Source: Neovahlkampfia damariscottae (taxonomy: Eukaryota). From it: a stretch of DNA of 64,000 bases. The notes under the pieces were generated by a model that was not told where the DNA came from, did no database searches, and worked only from the letters and a program-made list of their open reading frames with translations. The stretch spans positions 1 through 64,000 of the forward strand of contig JABLTG010000014.1 in the NCBI GenBank assembly GCA_016618085.1. The letters are read 5' to 3'. Shown here piece by piece: positions 47,636 through 59,545 of the stretch. Position 1 is the stretch's first letter. Every line of letters starts with the position of its first letter. The position numbers were made by a program, and so were the translations under genes.

Positions 47636-48492
47636 ATGAAAGGATTTTCTCTAAACTTGAATAAAGTTAATGAAAAGAAAGAAGAAACACCAGTTGGTGG
47701 TATGAAACTCAATTTAACTTCAGTTTCTTCAAATACGAATGAAACTGAAGAAAAAAAAGAAGAAAAAAAGTTTTCTTTAGATTTTGGAAAAATCAAACGC
47801 AAAGATACACCACCGCCACAAAAAAGCCCATTAAGTTCTGTAACAAGTAGTCCTGCAACTTCAGAAAGAACCAATGGAACACCTTCAACGACAGAAAGAA
47901 CAAATCAAGAAGAACAAATTGTTTTTGTGCCAAAAATATCAATGTCAAACATGAAACCGATTAAATTTTCAGAAAAAACACCAAAATCAACAGACAAAAA
48001 AAAAATACATCTTGACTTATTATTTACAGATTTATGTCCAGATTTTGAAATTGAAGAAGAGTTAACAAATGAAAATATAAAACCATATATTGATAAAATT
48101 TGGTTTGGAAATGAAAAAAAAGAAACAGAATTTGAATTTTTTGAATTAACAAAATTGAATTCAGACGAAGATGAAGAGACTTATCATCTTGCTTGTAGAC
48201 CAACAAATCAAGGTTTGATTTTTCATAAAACTTAAAATTTTTAGACTTTTCTGTAAAGTTATTGAAATCTGTTTTGTATCAAAATAAAATGTTAAAAATA
48301 AAATTGGAAAAATCATCAGAAGCAATTAGAACTTTTTCAAATGAAAAAATTCAAGATACAGATGTGCCTACTGATGTTATTGCTTTACGTGAAAAAATCA
48401 AAAGTTATGAAAATTTAATGAGTGAAGCATCCAGTCAATTAGCTAAATTACGTAAAAACGCAGATTTACTTGACAAAATGCTTAATCAATAA
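47636..48492 (+). CDS. Hypothetical protein (low-complexity N-terminus, coiled-coil C-terminus; 2 exons)
   Basis: Two ORFs joined by an intron near 48212-48244; repeated FSLNL/MKLNL/FSLDF motifs. Confidence 0.6.
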
Positions 48493-48504
48493 AAAGAGTA
48501 TTAT

Positions 48505-49046
48505 TTAATAAATGGTAAAACTTGTTTGATTTTGAATTCTGTATACTTGAGGTCCATTATATCCAAATATATAATTACTTCCATCTGAAGGTCTTAAAAT
48601 TTGTAAACCTATAAATAAGAAATCATAGACATATAAAACTCCAAACAATCCAAAAGTAAACATTTTTATGACACCAACTCCAATATATCCTAAATATATT
48701 CTGTCAATTCCTGTTTTTTTTTTAATTTTATTTTTCTTGTTGAACCTAAAAATCCGAAAAAAAGACTTAACGATAATGCTACAAAAAAATTTTTACCAGA
48801 ACTGAAAGAACATGTTTCAGTTATTGTAAAATTTTTATCACCACCACATATTACACCTTTAATTACTGTACAATTAATTTGAAAGGTATTATTTGGTTGA
48901 CAATTTTCTGGTTGATATGTATTTGGATTAATGTAAGGTTGTTGACATTTGTATTGATACTCTGTCAGTTTGTTACATTCTGGATATTCATTTTGAGTTG
49001 TATTTAAAAATAAAATTGACAAAAAAAACAACTTCAGTAACCACAT
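48505..49046 (-). CDS. TM2 domain-containing protein (TM2D1-like), 2 exons
   Basis: Signal peptide, Cys-rich ectodomain, ALSLSLFFGFLG|IDRIYLGY..G..K.FTFG..DF..IGLQILRPSDGSNY. Confidence 0.85.
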
Positions 49047-49400
49047 CAACCCACACACTTTTGTTTTTTGTCCAATAAAAATAAAAAAAATTGAAATGAA
49101 TACTTATTTTATAAATAAGGTTTTATTTGAGAGTTTAATTTATTTTTTTTTTCCTAAAAGACCCATTAAGAGTGTAATTTTTAAATTTTACAATGTGGCA
49201 CTGAATTCATATGGTGAATTAATTTTTCTGGACATTTTTTTTACAAGTGATACAACGAAACTGAAGTGAAACATTCATTTCTTTTTGTTTTTGTTCATTA
49301 TTATGAGTCAATGGTATTGTTTGATTGGTCAGGAATAAAATCTGTCCTCTTAACCAATCATCAAGACTTTAAAAAAAAACCAACAATTGTCTAATTTCTG

Positions 49401-52400
49401 ATGAAGTGGACGATTGTTTTTTTATTACTTGCTTTTATTGCTGTTATTAGTGCTGAAAGTAAGCAATGTAAACCTGGATATCAACTTAAAAATGTTAATG
49501 TCCATTATAAAACCTCTGCTGGTGTTTGGAAAGATAAAAAAGATCAAAGATGTATTAAAATTCCAACCAAACTTCCAAAATGTCCTGAAGGACAAGAAAT
49601 TGTCACAGTTATCAAAAGACATAAATTGAAAAAAGGATGGAAAGTTAAATCAGTTTCTAAATGTATGAAAAGATGCAAAAAAGGTTTTGAAGCAAAACAC
49701 ATCACTGTTTTGTCAAGAAAGAAAGGAGAATCAAATTGGAAAAGAAAAAGAGCACGTAGATGTCTCCCAAAGACTCCTGCTCTCAAATGTCTTGAAGGTT
49801 ATACTCCTGTCAAAAGACTTGTTCGTAAAATATTTGCGAATGGAAAAGTTAGAGTTAAATTTACACAAAGATGCCAAAGTAAATGTCAACGTGGATTCAT
49901 TTTTGAAAATGTTCATGTACGTACTTCAAAAGGACTTTCAAAAAGTGCTAGATGTGTACCAAAACCAAAATATAGATGTATCACTCCTGCAAGAAGCCAC
50001 CGTCGTTTAATCAGAAGAAAATTACCAAATGGAAAATACAAAGTTAGATACGTTGAAAGATGTGTTTGTCCAACTGGATTCAAAGTCAGTAGATTTGGAA
50101 AAACATTCAGTTGTAAAACACTCAATCCAAAGGTCAGTTATACTCATGGTGTTGTTCATTGTCCAACTGGTTTCAAAGTTAAATATTCAATCAAAGCTGT
50201 TTCCAAATATATCAATGGAGAACTTGTTGCTAGACCACGAGGAAGATTTTCATGTGTTCAAGAAGGAGCTTGTAAAGATGGTTTTGTAAAGAAAGCAGTT
50301 ATTGTTAGAAGATCTGGAAAAGCTACAAAAACTTCACTTTGTGTTCCTAAACATAATCCATGTCCAAAAGGTCATAAACATAAACTTCATTATAAGTCAG
50401 TTTTAATACCATCAGGTACATCATTCAAATCCAAATTAGAATTTAGACATAAATGTGTGAATCCATGTAAACCTGGATTTCATGTTCATAAAGTGAAAGT
50501 TAAAGTTGATGATAAAGTTACTAAAGAAAGAAGATGTGTTCCAAATGTTACTCTTAAATGTGTTTCTCCTGCTAAACTTGTCCGTAATATGACAAGAAGA
50601 AAATTAAAATCAGGAAAGTTCCATGTTGTTTATCATGAAAAATGTGTTTGTCCAAAAAATAGAGATGCTTATCGTAGAAAGAACAAAGTTGTCTGTAAAA
50701 AGAAAAAAGTTCCAGTTTCAAACTTTGATTGTCCAAAAGGTCAAAAATCAAGATATAAACTTGTTGCTGTTCTTAAAACACTCAAAAGTGGTAAACAAGT
50801 TGCAAGACCTGTTGGTGAATTAACTTGTGTTAAAGATTCTGCTTGTAAAGTTGGTCACAAAAAGAAAACTGTTACAATTCATTCAAAAGGTGGAATAAAA
50901 AGAACACATCTTTGTATTCCTGCTTTAAATCCATGTCCAAATGGTCATAAACATAAATTCTCATACAAAGCTGTTATTCAAAATAAAGACGGAAAAGTTT
51001 CTGCTGTTTTAAGACCAACACATAAATGTATTTTGAAAGCTTGTAAACCAGGGTTCAAAAGAGAAAGAGTTGGAGTCAGAACTTCGAAAAAAGTATCATT
51101 TGCTTTTAGATGTGTACCAAAACCAAGACTTATCTGCAGAAAACCATCCAAGAAATTCAGAAGATTAACAAGAAAAAAATTGTCAAATGGAAAATACAAA
51201 TCAAGATACGTTGAAAAATGTATTTGCCCACGTAAATACGTTGCACACAGAAAAGGAAAAGTTGTTACATGTAAGTCAACAAAACTTCCACACAATGGAG
51301 AATTTGATTGTAAAAAAGGTGAAAAAGTAAGATATGTTGTTAGAGCTGTCATTAGATATATCAATGGTAAAAGAGTTGCAAGACCTCTTCCAAGATTAGA
51401 ATGTGTTCCTGCTTCACCATGTAAAAAAGGACACTCCAAAAAACATGTTGTAATTCGCTCACGTAGAAGTTATCACAGAGCTCACATTTGTGTACCAATT
51501 GGAAAATGTCCAAAAACTCATTTCCAAAGAATTAGATTCAAAGCATTTATTCATAAATCTGGAAAAGCTAAATTAAGAACAAGACGTATATGTACTAGAA
51601 AACCTTGTAAACGTGGATTTGAATTGAAAAGAGCTAGGGTTATTAGAAAACAAGGAGCAAGATATGAACTCAGATGTGTACCTAAAAAGAGACTTCGTTG
51701 CATTGGAGGTATTTCAATTAGAAGACTTATCAGAAGAAAACAATCAAATGGAAGAGTTAAAGTTAAATACACAGAACAATGTAAATGTGCAAAAGGAACA
51801 AAAGTCATCAGAAGAAGAAATATCATTGAATGCCTTCTTAGACCAAAAAGAAAAGGTAAAAAAATCATTTGTCCAAAAGGTAAAAAACTCAAATTGGTTG
51901 TTGTTGCTCGTGCTAGACTTATTAAAGGTAAACTTATTGCTTTTCCAAAACCTTACATGAAATGTGTTTCTAAAACATCATGTAAAACTGGATTCCAATC
52001 TAAAAAAGTTACTCTTCGTATTAATGGAAAAGTTTCAAAAGGAAGACTTTGTGTTCCAAGAATAAAGGCTTGTACACATGGACATAAACATAAAATTCAT
52101 ATTAGATCATACATTTCAAAAAGAGGACGTCCTGTTTTACGTAAATTCACAAAATGTGTTTCAATTTGTCGACCAGGAAGAGCTTACAAGAAAGTTGTTG
52201 TTAGATCCAACAAAAAAAGATATATTACATTTAGATGTGTTAGAAAAGCACAACTTATTTGTCGTGGAGGACGTCATATTCGTAGAGTTCACAGAAAGAA
52301 ACTTTCAAATGGAAAATATAGATCAAGATATCATGAAAGTTGCAGATGTCCAAAAGGTTTTAGTGCAATAAGACATGGAAGATATATCATTTGTAAAAGA

Positions 52401-52583
52401 AGAAAATTAACACTTCTTGAAAAACTCAAAATCAAAATGGTTGGACAAGTTAGAAAAGCTAAACTTTTACAACAACAAATGAATGCATTAAATTGTAGTC
52501 CAGCTACAAAAGCCATTCTTCAACAAATTAATGATCAAATTGCAATCAAACAAAAACTTATTCAAAAACTTGAAGATAAATAA
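49401..52583 (+). CDS. 1060-aa secreted hyper-basic Cys-rich repeat protein
   Basis: Signal peptide; ~190-aa higher-order repeats marked by RRKLxNGKYxxxYxExCxCP; coiled-coil C-terminus. Confidence 0.88.
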   Translation: MKWTIVFLLLAFIAVISAESKQCKPGYQLKNVNVHYKTSAGVWKDKKDQRCIKIPTKLPKCPEGQEIVTVIKRHKLKKGWKVKSVSKCMKRCKKGFEAKHITVLSRKKGESNWKRKRARRCLPKTPALKCLEGYTPVKRLVRKIFANGKVRVKFTQRCQSKCQRGFIFENVHVRTSKGLSKSARCVPKPKYRCITPARSHRRLIRRKLPNGKYKVRYVERCVCPTGFKVSRFGKTFSCKTLNPKVSYTHGVVHCPTGFKVKYSIKAVSKYINGELVARPRGRFSCVQEGACKDGFVKKAVIVRRSGKATKTSLCVPKHNPCPKGHKHKLHYKSVLIPSGTSFKSKLEFRHKCVNPCKPGFHVHKVKVKVDDKVTKERRCVPNVTLKCVSPAKLVRNMTRRKLKSGKFHVVYHEKCVCPKNRDAYRRKNKVVCKKKKVPVSNFDCPKGQKSRYKLVAVLKTLKSGKQVARPVGELTCVKDSACKVGHKKKTVTIHSKGGIKRTHLCIPALNPCPNGHKHKFSYKAVIQNKDGKVSAVLRPTHKCILKACKPGFKRERVGVRTSKKVSFAFRCVPKPRLICRKPSKKFRRLTRKKLSNGKYKSRYVEKCICPRKYVAHRKGKVVTCKSTKLPHNGEFDCKKGEKVRYVVRAVIRYINGKRVARPLPRLECVPASPCKKGHSKKHVVIRSRRSYHRAHICVPIGKCPKTHFQRIRFKAFIHKSGKAKLRTRRICTRKPCKRGFELKRARVIRKQGARYELRCVPKKRLRCIGGISIRRLIRRKQSNGRVKVKYTEQCKCAKGTKVIRRRNIIECLLRPKRKGKKIICPKGKKLKLVVVARARLIKGKLIAFPKPYMKCVSKTSCKTGFQSKKVTLRINGKVSKGRLCVPRIKACTHGHKHKIHIRSYISKRGRPVLRKFTKCVSICRPGRAYKKVVVRSNKKRYITFRCVRKAQLICRGGRHIRRVHRKKLSNGKYRSRYHESCRCPKGFSAIRHGRYIICKRRKLTLLEKLKIKMVGQVRKAKLLQQQMNALNCSPATKAILQQINDQIAIKQKLIQKLEDK

Positions 52584-52631
52584 ATTTTTTTTTAATTAGA
52601 AACCCTTATCCAATAATTTTCGTTTTTCAAA

Positions 52632-53239
52632 ATGTCCAAAGAGGAGAGTGTTAAAATTGTTCTACTTGGTGATCCTAAAGTTGGAAAAACTAATTTAATG
52701 AAGGTTTATTTGGACAATGAATTCACTGATGAATATAAACCTTCAAATCTGGAAAGTTATGATACAATACTTGCAGTGGAGGATATGATTTTGAAAGTAA
52801 CTGTTTTAGAAGCATCAGTTCAAGATGAATTGTTGCATTTAGCATTTTCAGGATCAAATTTATTCATTTTATCTTATTCTGTCACTGATCCTGACAGTTT
52901 TAATCATTTAACCAATGTTTTATGATTTATTTTCTGATTTATTTTTTTTAGTGGAAGAAATTGATGGATGAACATTGTCCCAATATACCTTTTATTATTT
53001 TGGCTTTAAAAATTGATGAATATAAACAAAAAGATAATAAATTCATATCGAAAAAACAAGGAGAATCTGTTTCTATTAAATTAAAATCAAATGGATTTTA
53101 TGAACTTTCACCAAAGAAACCTAAAGGTATTAATGATTTATTTCAAAAATGTGGTGAAATTATTGTAAAAGAAACAATTTTTACATCAAAACCAAAAAGA
53201 AGAAAATCTTTAAAAGAGAAACTATTTGGAACAAAATAA
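52632..53239 (+). CDS. Atypical Rho-family small GTPase (2 exons)
   Basis: KIVLLGDPKVGKT, F.DEYKP, YSVTDPDSF, W..HCPNIPFIILALKID; G3 is degenerate and there is no CAAX. Confidence 0.75.
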
Positions 53240-53247
53240 ATGTAATT

Positions 53248-54879
53248 TTATTTTTTTTCAATATTTTCATCATCACTAAAATCTTTTTCAAATTCAGTTT
53301 TGAATATATTAAAATCTTCATCAAATGAAAGTTTTTCGTTAGTTTCATCAACTATTGATGAATCCATTGATTGTGAAGAAAACAATCCATCACTTTTTGA
53401 TCTTTTTGGTTTATATAGAGATAATGATTCAATTGAAAGTTGAATTGAATCTGATTGAGAATTTGATGCAGATCGTAAAGATAAAATAGTTTCAATTTCA
53501 TCTTCATACAAATATCCATATTGATCATAAAATGAAATAAATTCTTCAGAAATTATAAATTTTGAATGTTTTTCTTTTAAAATGATCAAAATTGAATTTT
53601 CAAGTTTATCAAATACATCATTAGATGTATTAGAATCTCCAAAATTTGCTATAGTTTTTACAGTTTCATTAATAACATCTTTTGATAAATAATTATTATT
53701 CATTAAATATTTTTGAATAATTTCATTTTGAATTGAAATTTTATCTTTCATTTTTTCAGTTTTTTTAAATTTTTCAATTTTTTCATTCAATTTAAATAAA
53801 TTACCAACAAATGGTTCAAAATATTTCTTACAATGTTCATCACCTAAACAAAAATCTAATGGAAATTTTGAATTCATTGTTTCATAAATTTGATCTTTCA
53901 TATTTCCTTTCATTTTTTCAAAATTCTTTACATCATTTTTTCCAGTATAAATATATCTCATACATTCAGTCATTGCATCATTTGATGATAATGATGAATC
54001 AATTGGTGACATTACTTCTTGTTTCATTTTTGCATATCCATATTTACTAAAATACTCTTTAAATTCTTTACTTGATATAAATTTTGGATATCCATCTATT
54101 TTAAGCATAGTAATCACTGAATTCAAAATTTGATCAAAAAAATTATCTGGAATTGATAAATTATTTTTTTCATTTAAAATGATTTCATAGTTGGTAGCGC
54201 ATTCATGTTTTTTTTCTTTTGATATATTCAGTTCTAAAGAAGATCCAATAATCAAATATTCTTCAATAATTTTTAAACCTAACTTTTTTTTGAGTGTTTC
54301 GTCTTGTACATTTTTGAACATTTGAACTGACTGATAAAAAAAATAATTTTCTGCAAAAAATAATCTTCGAACACATGCTTCAAAATAATCAGAACATACA
54401 TTATCAGTCATACAAAATTTGAAAGTGAACTTTTGATACAGATCTTTTGAAAAAATTAGATTTGAATTTTCAATTTTTTTACCTTTTTTTGCTGGAAGGA
54501 CTTTTGGTATAATACGCTCTAGCACACTTTGGTTTTCATCTGATAAAGAAAAATCCTTCGTTGAAGACCTTGAACTTGAAAGTTCTAAAGGTGGTGTTGA
54601 AAATTTGTTTTTTGAAAGTTGTGGATAAATCTTCGATAATGATCCACTTCTTTCTTCGTTCCATGATCCTCTTTTTGATATACCTCCTTGAGGTTCAGAA
54701 AATAATCTTATCATTGAATGCTCAGGCTCATTTTTAGGTCGTTCGTGTTCATCAAGTGAAGATCTTCGTTTGTGTGGTTGTATCTTTGTTTTATGTTTTG
54801 TTTTTCTTTTTTCTTGTGTTTTTTTTGGTGATTCTGGTGGCTTTTTACGAGAGGTCAACAAAGAAAATTGTTTTTTCAT
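53248..54879 (-). CDS. Tandem RGS-domain protein
   Basis: FFAENYFFY..IIEEYL..SSLELNIS..DGYPKFISS and a second, degenerate RGS; disordered termini. Confidence 0.75.
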   Translation of the reverse strand: MKKQFSLLTSRKKPPESPKKTQEKRKTKHKTKIQPHKRRSSLDEHERPKNEPEHSMIRLFSEPQGGISKRGSWNEERSGSLSKIYPQLSKNKFSTPPLELSSSRSSTKDFSLSDENQSVLERIIPKVLPAKKGKKIENSNLIFSKDLYQKFTFKFCMTDNVCSDYFEACVRRLFFAENYFFYQSVQMFKNVQDETLKKKLGLKIIEEYLIIGSSLELNISKEKKHECATNYEIILNEKNNLSIPDNFFDQILNSVITMLKIDGYPKFISSKEFKEYFSKYGYAKMKQEVMSPIDSSLSSNDAMTECMRYIYTGKNDVKNFEKMKGNMKDQIYETMNSKFPLDFCLGDEHCKKYFEPFVGNLFKLNEKIEKFKKTEKMKDKISIQNEIIQKYLMNNNYLSKDVINETVKTIANFGDSNTSNDVFDKLENSILIILKEKHSKFIISEEFISFYDQYGYLYEDEIETILSLRSASNSQSDSIQLSIESLSLYKPKRSKSDGLFSSQSMDSSIVDETNEKLSFDEDFNIFKTEFEKDFSDDENIEKK

Positions 54880-55361
54880 CAGCCTCTTTCCAGAAAAAAC
54901 GTGGATTTTTATTGGTCAACTTGAACCATTTTCATTTGACGAATTCTAGAACCAAGAATTCGTCATATTTTATTATTAGAAACAATTTGGAGAATATTCG
55001 GTGGAGCAACAAAAATCCAAAGTTGGAAAGGCATATTACCAATTTGGAATCAAGCTACCTGATCAGGAATAAATTCCATTGGACAACTTCAACACAATTC
55101 ATGACTCATCGCCCCACAAATACTTGATTCTTTATATCAAATGAAATTTTGGATTTTTCAAACCTGAGTGTTCTTTTGTCAATTTTCTGGATCCGAATTG
55201 ATCTGTGATAGATGTGAAACTACAGGATATAGGTTACTTGATCCATGATGTTGTTCAAAGAGAGTTTTTTCAAATTCTCAAGTACCTTCTTCATTTGGTA
55301 ATTTTCCAAAATCGAAAGAACATTATCCAATCATCTGAAACTTTTCTTTGGAGAACTTCTG

Positions 55362-58300
55362 ATGGAAAACAAAGCAGATGATGAAGTGGAACTACCAAAT
55401 GTTGAAACAGACCACAAAAAAGAAGAAACAATACAACAAATAAAACCACAAAAAAAAGAAGAAAAAAAAGTAAAACTTGAAAATGTGGTAGTTGATCTAA
55501 TCTCAAACGAAAAAGGATCAGAGGAATCAAATTCACCAAGCACTGAAGAAGGAGTGGTGAAAGAAAATATTAAAAAAGCAACAGAAAATAGTTCTCCACT
55601 TTTAATTGATCCACCTGTGCTTCGAGAGCGCAATGGAACTTACATTTCAAGAACAAGAAATACATCAAACGCGGTTGAAAAAAAAGAAAGAAAAGTTTCT
55701 TTTGATAAAAGAAATACTTTTGAAAGAGAATACACAGGCATTTTTTCCATGTTCAACCCAGACACTTTTAAATCAACTCAAAGTGAAATAGATGAAGATG
55801 AATTGATGTTATCTATTAAAGGGCAAAAAGAATTAAAAATTCAAGAAGAAGAGACGTCTGGAAAGTAAGTTCAAAAAATTAATTCTTTAAAATAAAAGAG
55901 ATCATCATTTTGAATTTGAAAAAAGACAAGTTTTATTAACGACTGTTATTTTATTGATTTTAGTTATTTCAAGAGTCGGAATTAATTTAGGAGCTCAAAG
56001 TATTGAGAACGAAAAATTTTATAATAATTTGGTTCAAGTAAGATTTGGAATTATTTTTTTAAAATTCAAAGACTAGGTATAATTATACAACATCAAATAC
56101 AACAGATACATTATATCCTAGAAATTTGAATTCAACTCAAGTTATTGAATTAAAATATGCTATGACTTTAAGTTATTATCCAGCTCATATTTTATCCAGC
56201 ACATTTTTTTTTGTTACTGGGTTAATTTTAGTTTTATTTGTTCTACCATTTCTCAAAGAAAGAAGAGATCAATCATCATTTTGGAGATTAGTTGAAAAAG
56301 AAATATTTTTACCAACAACAACATTCTCAATTGTTTCCATTTTGGGATTCATCACTTATGTTGGTTTTTATCTTTCAATTATTTATTTTCATATTCCTTT
56401 AATCGCTGTATTTGGTAGTTTATTTGGTATAATGGATAATGGTAAATGAAATACATTTTAATCACTCATTCCATTAGTTAATCAATATTACTTCATCTAT
56501 TTTCTGACAAAGAATTTTAAAAATCATAGAATTACGTATGCAATTTCATTTTGGATTTCAGTTGATTCTTTTGATGAATTAGCTGGTTATCTGTTGAATT
56601 TTTTAGGTTTGAATTATTTCACTTTACTTGAAATTATTTGTGTCATCAATTTTTTATCCGTAATTGCTATTATTAGTATGCCATTTTTTGATTTATCAAA
56701 ACACTCAATTTTTAAATATAAACCACGTGAAAAAACAGCATTAGAAAAAATTCAAAAAAAAAAAGCAACTATTTTCAAGATTTGTAATTATCCAAGTTTA
56801 TTTTTACAAGTACCTATTCATTTGATTATGTTTTTTTCAATGACTGTTGGATTATATTCTTATCCATTAAATTTTTCAAATGTATTAATTGATGGAGTTA
56901 GACTTGAAAGATATATCATTTTATTAACACAAGGTATATCAATTCCAGTAATTGCTGGAATATTACAATTTGATATTGATAATCTAGAAGGAAATATCTT
57001 TCCTGGAAAGGTTTCAATTCTTCCAAAGTACAAATTTCATGCATTTATTTGTAAGTACATTATTTTTTTCATTCATTTCTATTCGAATAGTTTCATTTGG
57101 TGTATTTGGATCAATTGCATGTAATTTAGTACTTTTTTATGTTCCATTGGATCCAGCATATGCATGGTTTTATTTAGTTGATGTTTTAACTGGAATTACA
57201 TTATCAATGGTTTATGCACCTTTAATGACCTGGCCTATATTATTACTTTTTAATTATAACTTTCCGCATCGAACTATTATGTATGCATCCTATATTTTAT
57301 TTCCATTATCATTTTTTGGATTTTCAAAAGTATTAAATCAATATGTTTTATATTTGAATCCAATTGGATTTTTAGTTGATTTTTACCTTTTTATGAGTAT
57401 AATCTTTTTGATTGCATTGACTATTTTGATTTGTTATTTTTCAACTTCAATTTTCAATTATTGTTTGAAAGCATTTTCTGTCAAAAGAATTAATCAAATT
57501 GATACATTAAAACCAGAAGAAGAACAACCGGAAAAAAAAGAAAAAATTATTTCAAAACTTTGGTTATTGTTTTATTTTCCACTTGAATGTTTAGTATTTC
57601 TATTTGGAATTTTATTTTTCTTTGTTGCATCAGGAATTGTCAATTTAGTTCTTCATTTTGGATTTTCAAAAAGTATTACCAGTGGATTAGGAAATGCATT
57701 TATATTACCTTTACTTTTTCTATTCACAATCATATCAATGTATTTCGCTTATCCAGAAGAATTAAGACGTTTGATTGGAGCACTTTTATTTGGTAAATCA
57801 AGAAAAATACTTGGTTGGTCAAAAAATTCAACCATTGGAATGAAAGTTTATACAAATCCTGAATTTTCGATTGCTAAAGAACAATTAGCAGCAAATTCTA
57901 CACTTTGGGAATCATTACACACAAAAAATATCAAACCAAAAATTGCTTTGTTTGTTGTACCTGATTATGTTGTTCTTGAGAAAGAATCAGAAAGAGTTAA
58001 AGTCTATGAATATGATAGTAAAAAGGATTATTCAATGTTTTCTTATGAAAATTGTGCAAATGGAAAATTACTTGTTAATGAAAAAGATAACAAGAAAATT
58101 AATTTATTCAAATATTTTGAGAAGAATTATGATGGATATAGAAAGAAGAAATATCAAGGTAGATTTTTAAACTTCAATATATTTGAAGATAATTTCAATT
58201 TTTTGATCATTTTTGCTTATTGTACTTTCTTTTTCATTCCAATTTTATATAATGTAATTTCGAAATGTAAAATCAAAAAATTACTTTAATCATTATTTAG

Positions 58301-59097
58301 TCATTTGTCCAACATGTCCAATTGATATTTTTGATGACCCAATTCGTATCATTATTTTGATTATAGACTTCATATTTGGTATTATTTTAGTTGTTCCTTT
58401 TTTTGGTATTTGGAATGAAATCTCCGATATTTTAGAAGAAATTGTTGATTTCATTGTAATTTTTAAAGGAATTACAAATAAAATGTTCAAATTTAAAGAT
58501 AACAAAGAATATGAAAGTTTAGAATTATTAACTATAAAAAATTGGGATACTCAATTCTCACATTTACAATTGTATACAAAGTCAAAAGGTGAATTCGTAA
58601 AGTACATTTTCATTATGGCTTTATTCATTGCGAAAGTTGCATCTGCTCTATTTTCACTATTTGCTCTTTTTGTTAAAGGTTTTATCACACAAGAGATTAT
58701 CCAAATTGTTTATTTTGTTGTTATTGTTGAATTGTCAGTTGGAAGATATGTTTTACAACCTGCAACTATTACAACCACAGAATTTAAATTGACAATGCTT
58801 GAATCAGTCGTGGCTCATAAAAATTATTCAAAAAATCTTACAAATCCAGAAAATAATGTGAATAGATCAAAACAAGTTTTAGATAAAATGAAAACTGTTA
58901 ATGATTATTGGAGTAAGGTAAATCATCATTGGGAAGTTCAAACAAAAGTGAATGAAACTGGATTTAGTGTAAGATCATCTTCAATAAGAACACGTTGGTA
59001 TTTGACTTCAGCTCAAATGAGAGATTGGATTTTATCATTTTTATTTACAGTAATTCCATCTCTGATTACTTTCTTTGTGAAACAAATTTATGCTTGA
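55362..59097 (+). CDS. Large multi-pass membrane protein of unknown function (multi-exon)
   Basis: Chain of same-strand ORFs separated by short GT-AG introns; hydrophilic N-terminus followed by many TM helices. Confidence 0.6.
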
Positions 59098-59240
59098 AGA
59101 ATAAACTTTCCCAAAAACTTAAAAAATGTTATGAGAACAGCATTCGATCAGTTTTTTGATTAATAATATCAATTTCGCCTTGAATGTTGTAGTAGAATAA
59201 AAAGCATCTGGAAAGCCACTATCTATTTGAGTAATCCTTT

Positions 59241-59349
59241 GCTTGTTCCCTTATTCCCAGGTGGTCTCCAACCCTAGTACTAGGAGAGCCTGTTAGAACT
59301 TAACTTCGCAAATCGGACGGAATGTATTCTCCTAAGTATGGCCGTAAGC
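59241..59349 (-). pseudogene. Degenerate 5S rRNA copy (pseudogene or 5S-derived RNA)
   Basis: Reverse complement GCTTACGGCCATAC..CCGTCCGAT..GAAGTTAAG..TAGTACTAGGGTTGGAGACCACCTGGGAA matches eukaryotic 5S landmarks, but it is ~10 nt short, with deletions in helix III and in the 3' strand of helix I. Confidence 0.8.
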
Positions 59350-59545
59350 GAAAGTAATAATCAATAAGACAATGTCATTCAAAAACAAATAGAAATGTTG
59401 TTTTTTGGATTGTTTGAACTTTCTTTTCAAATTCTTCGTTTCAATTATCCAAAAAAACAACATTCATAATTATCTTCGAATCAGATATAAATCAAGTAGT
59501 AAAATCGACATCTAATTGAACAATCCAAGAGTATTTGGAAATAAT

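Noticed and set aside
49414..52516. Many short alternative-frame and antisense ORFs inside the Cys/Lys-rich gene (and other long CDSs)
   Set aside because: Shadow ORFs from biased codon usage; no independent signals
54900..55340. Longer, slightly GC-richer spacer with box C/D-like words and a 123-aa ORF (54756-55127)
   Set aside because: The box C is imperfect, no terminal stem or rRNA guide was identified, and the ORF lacks an ATG start and domain support
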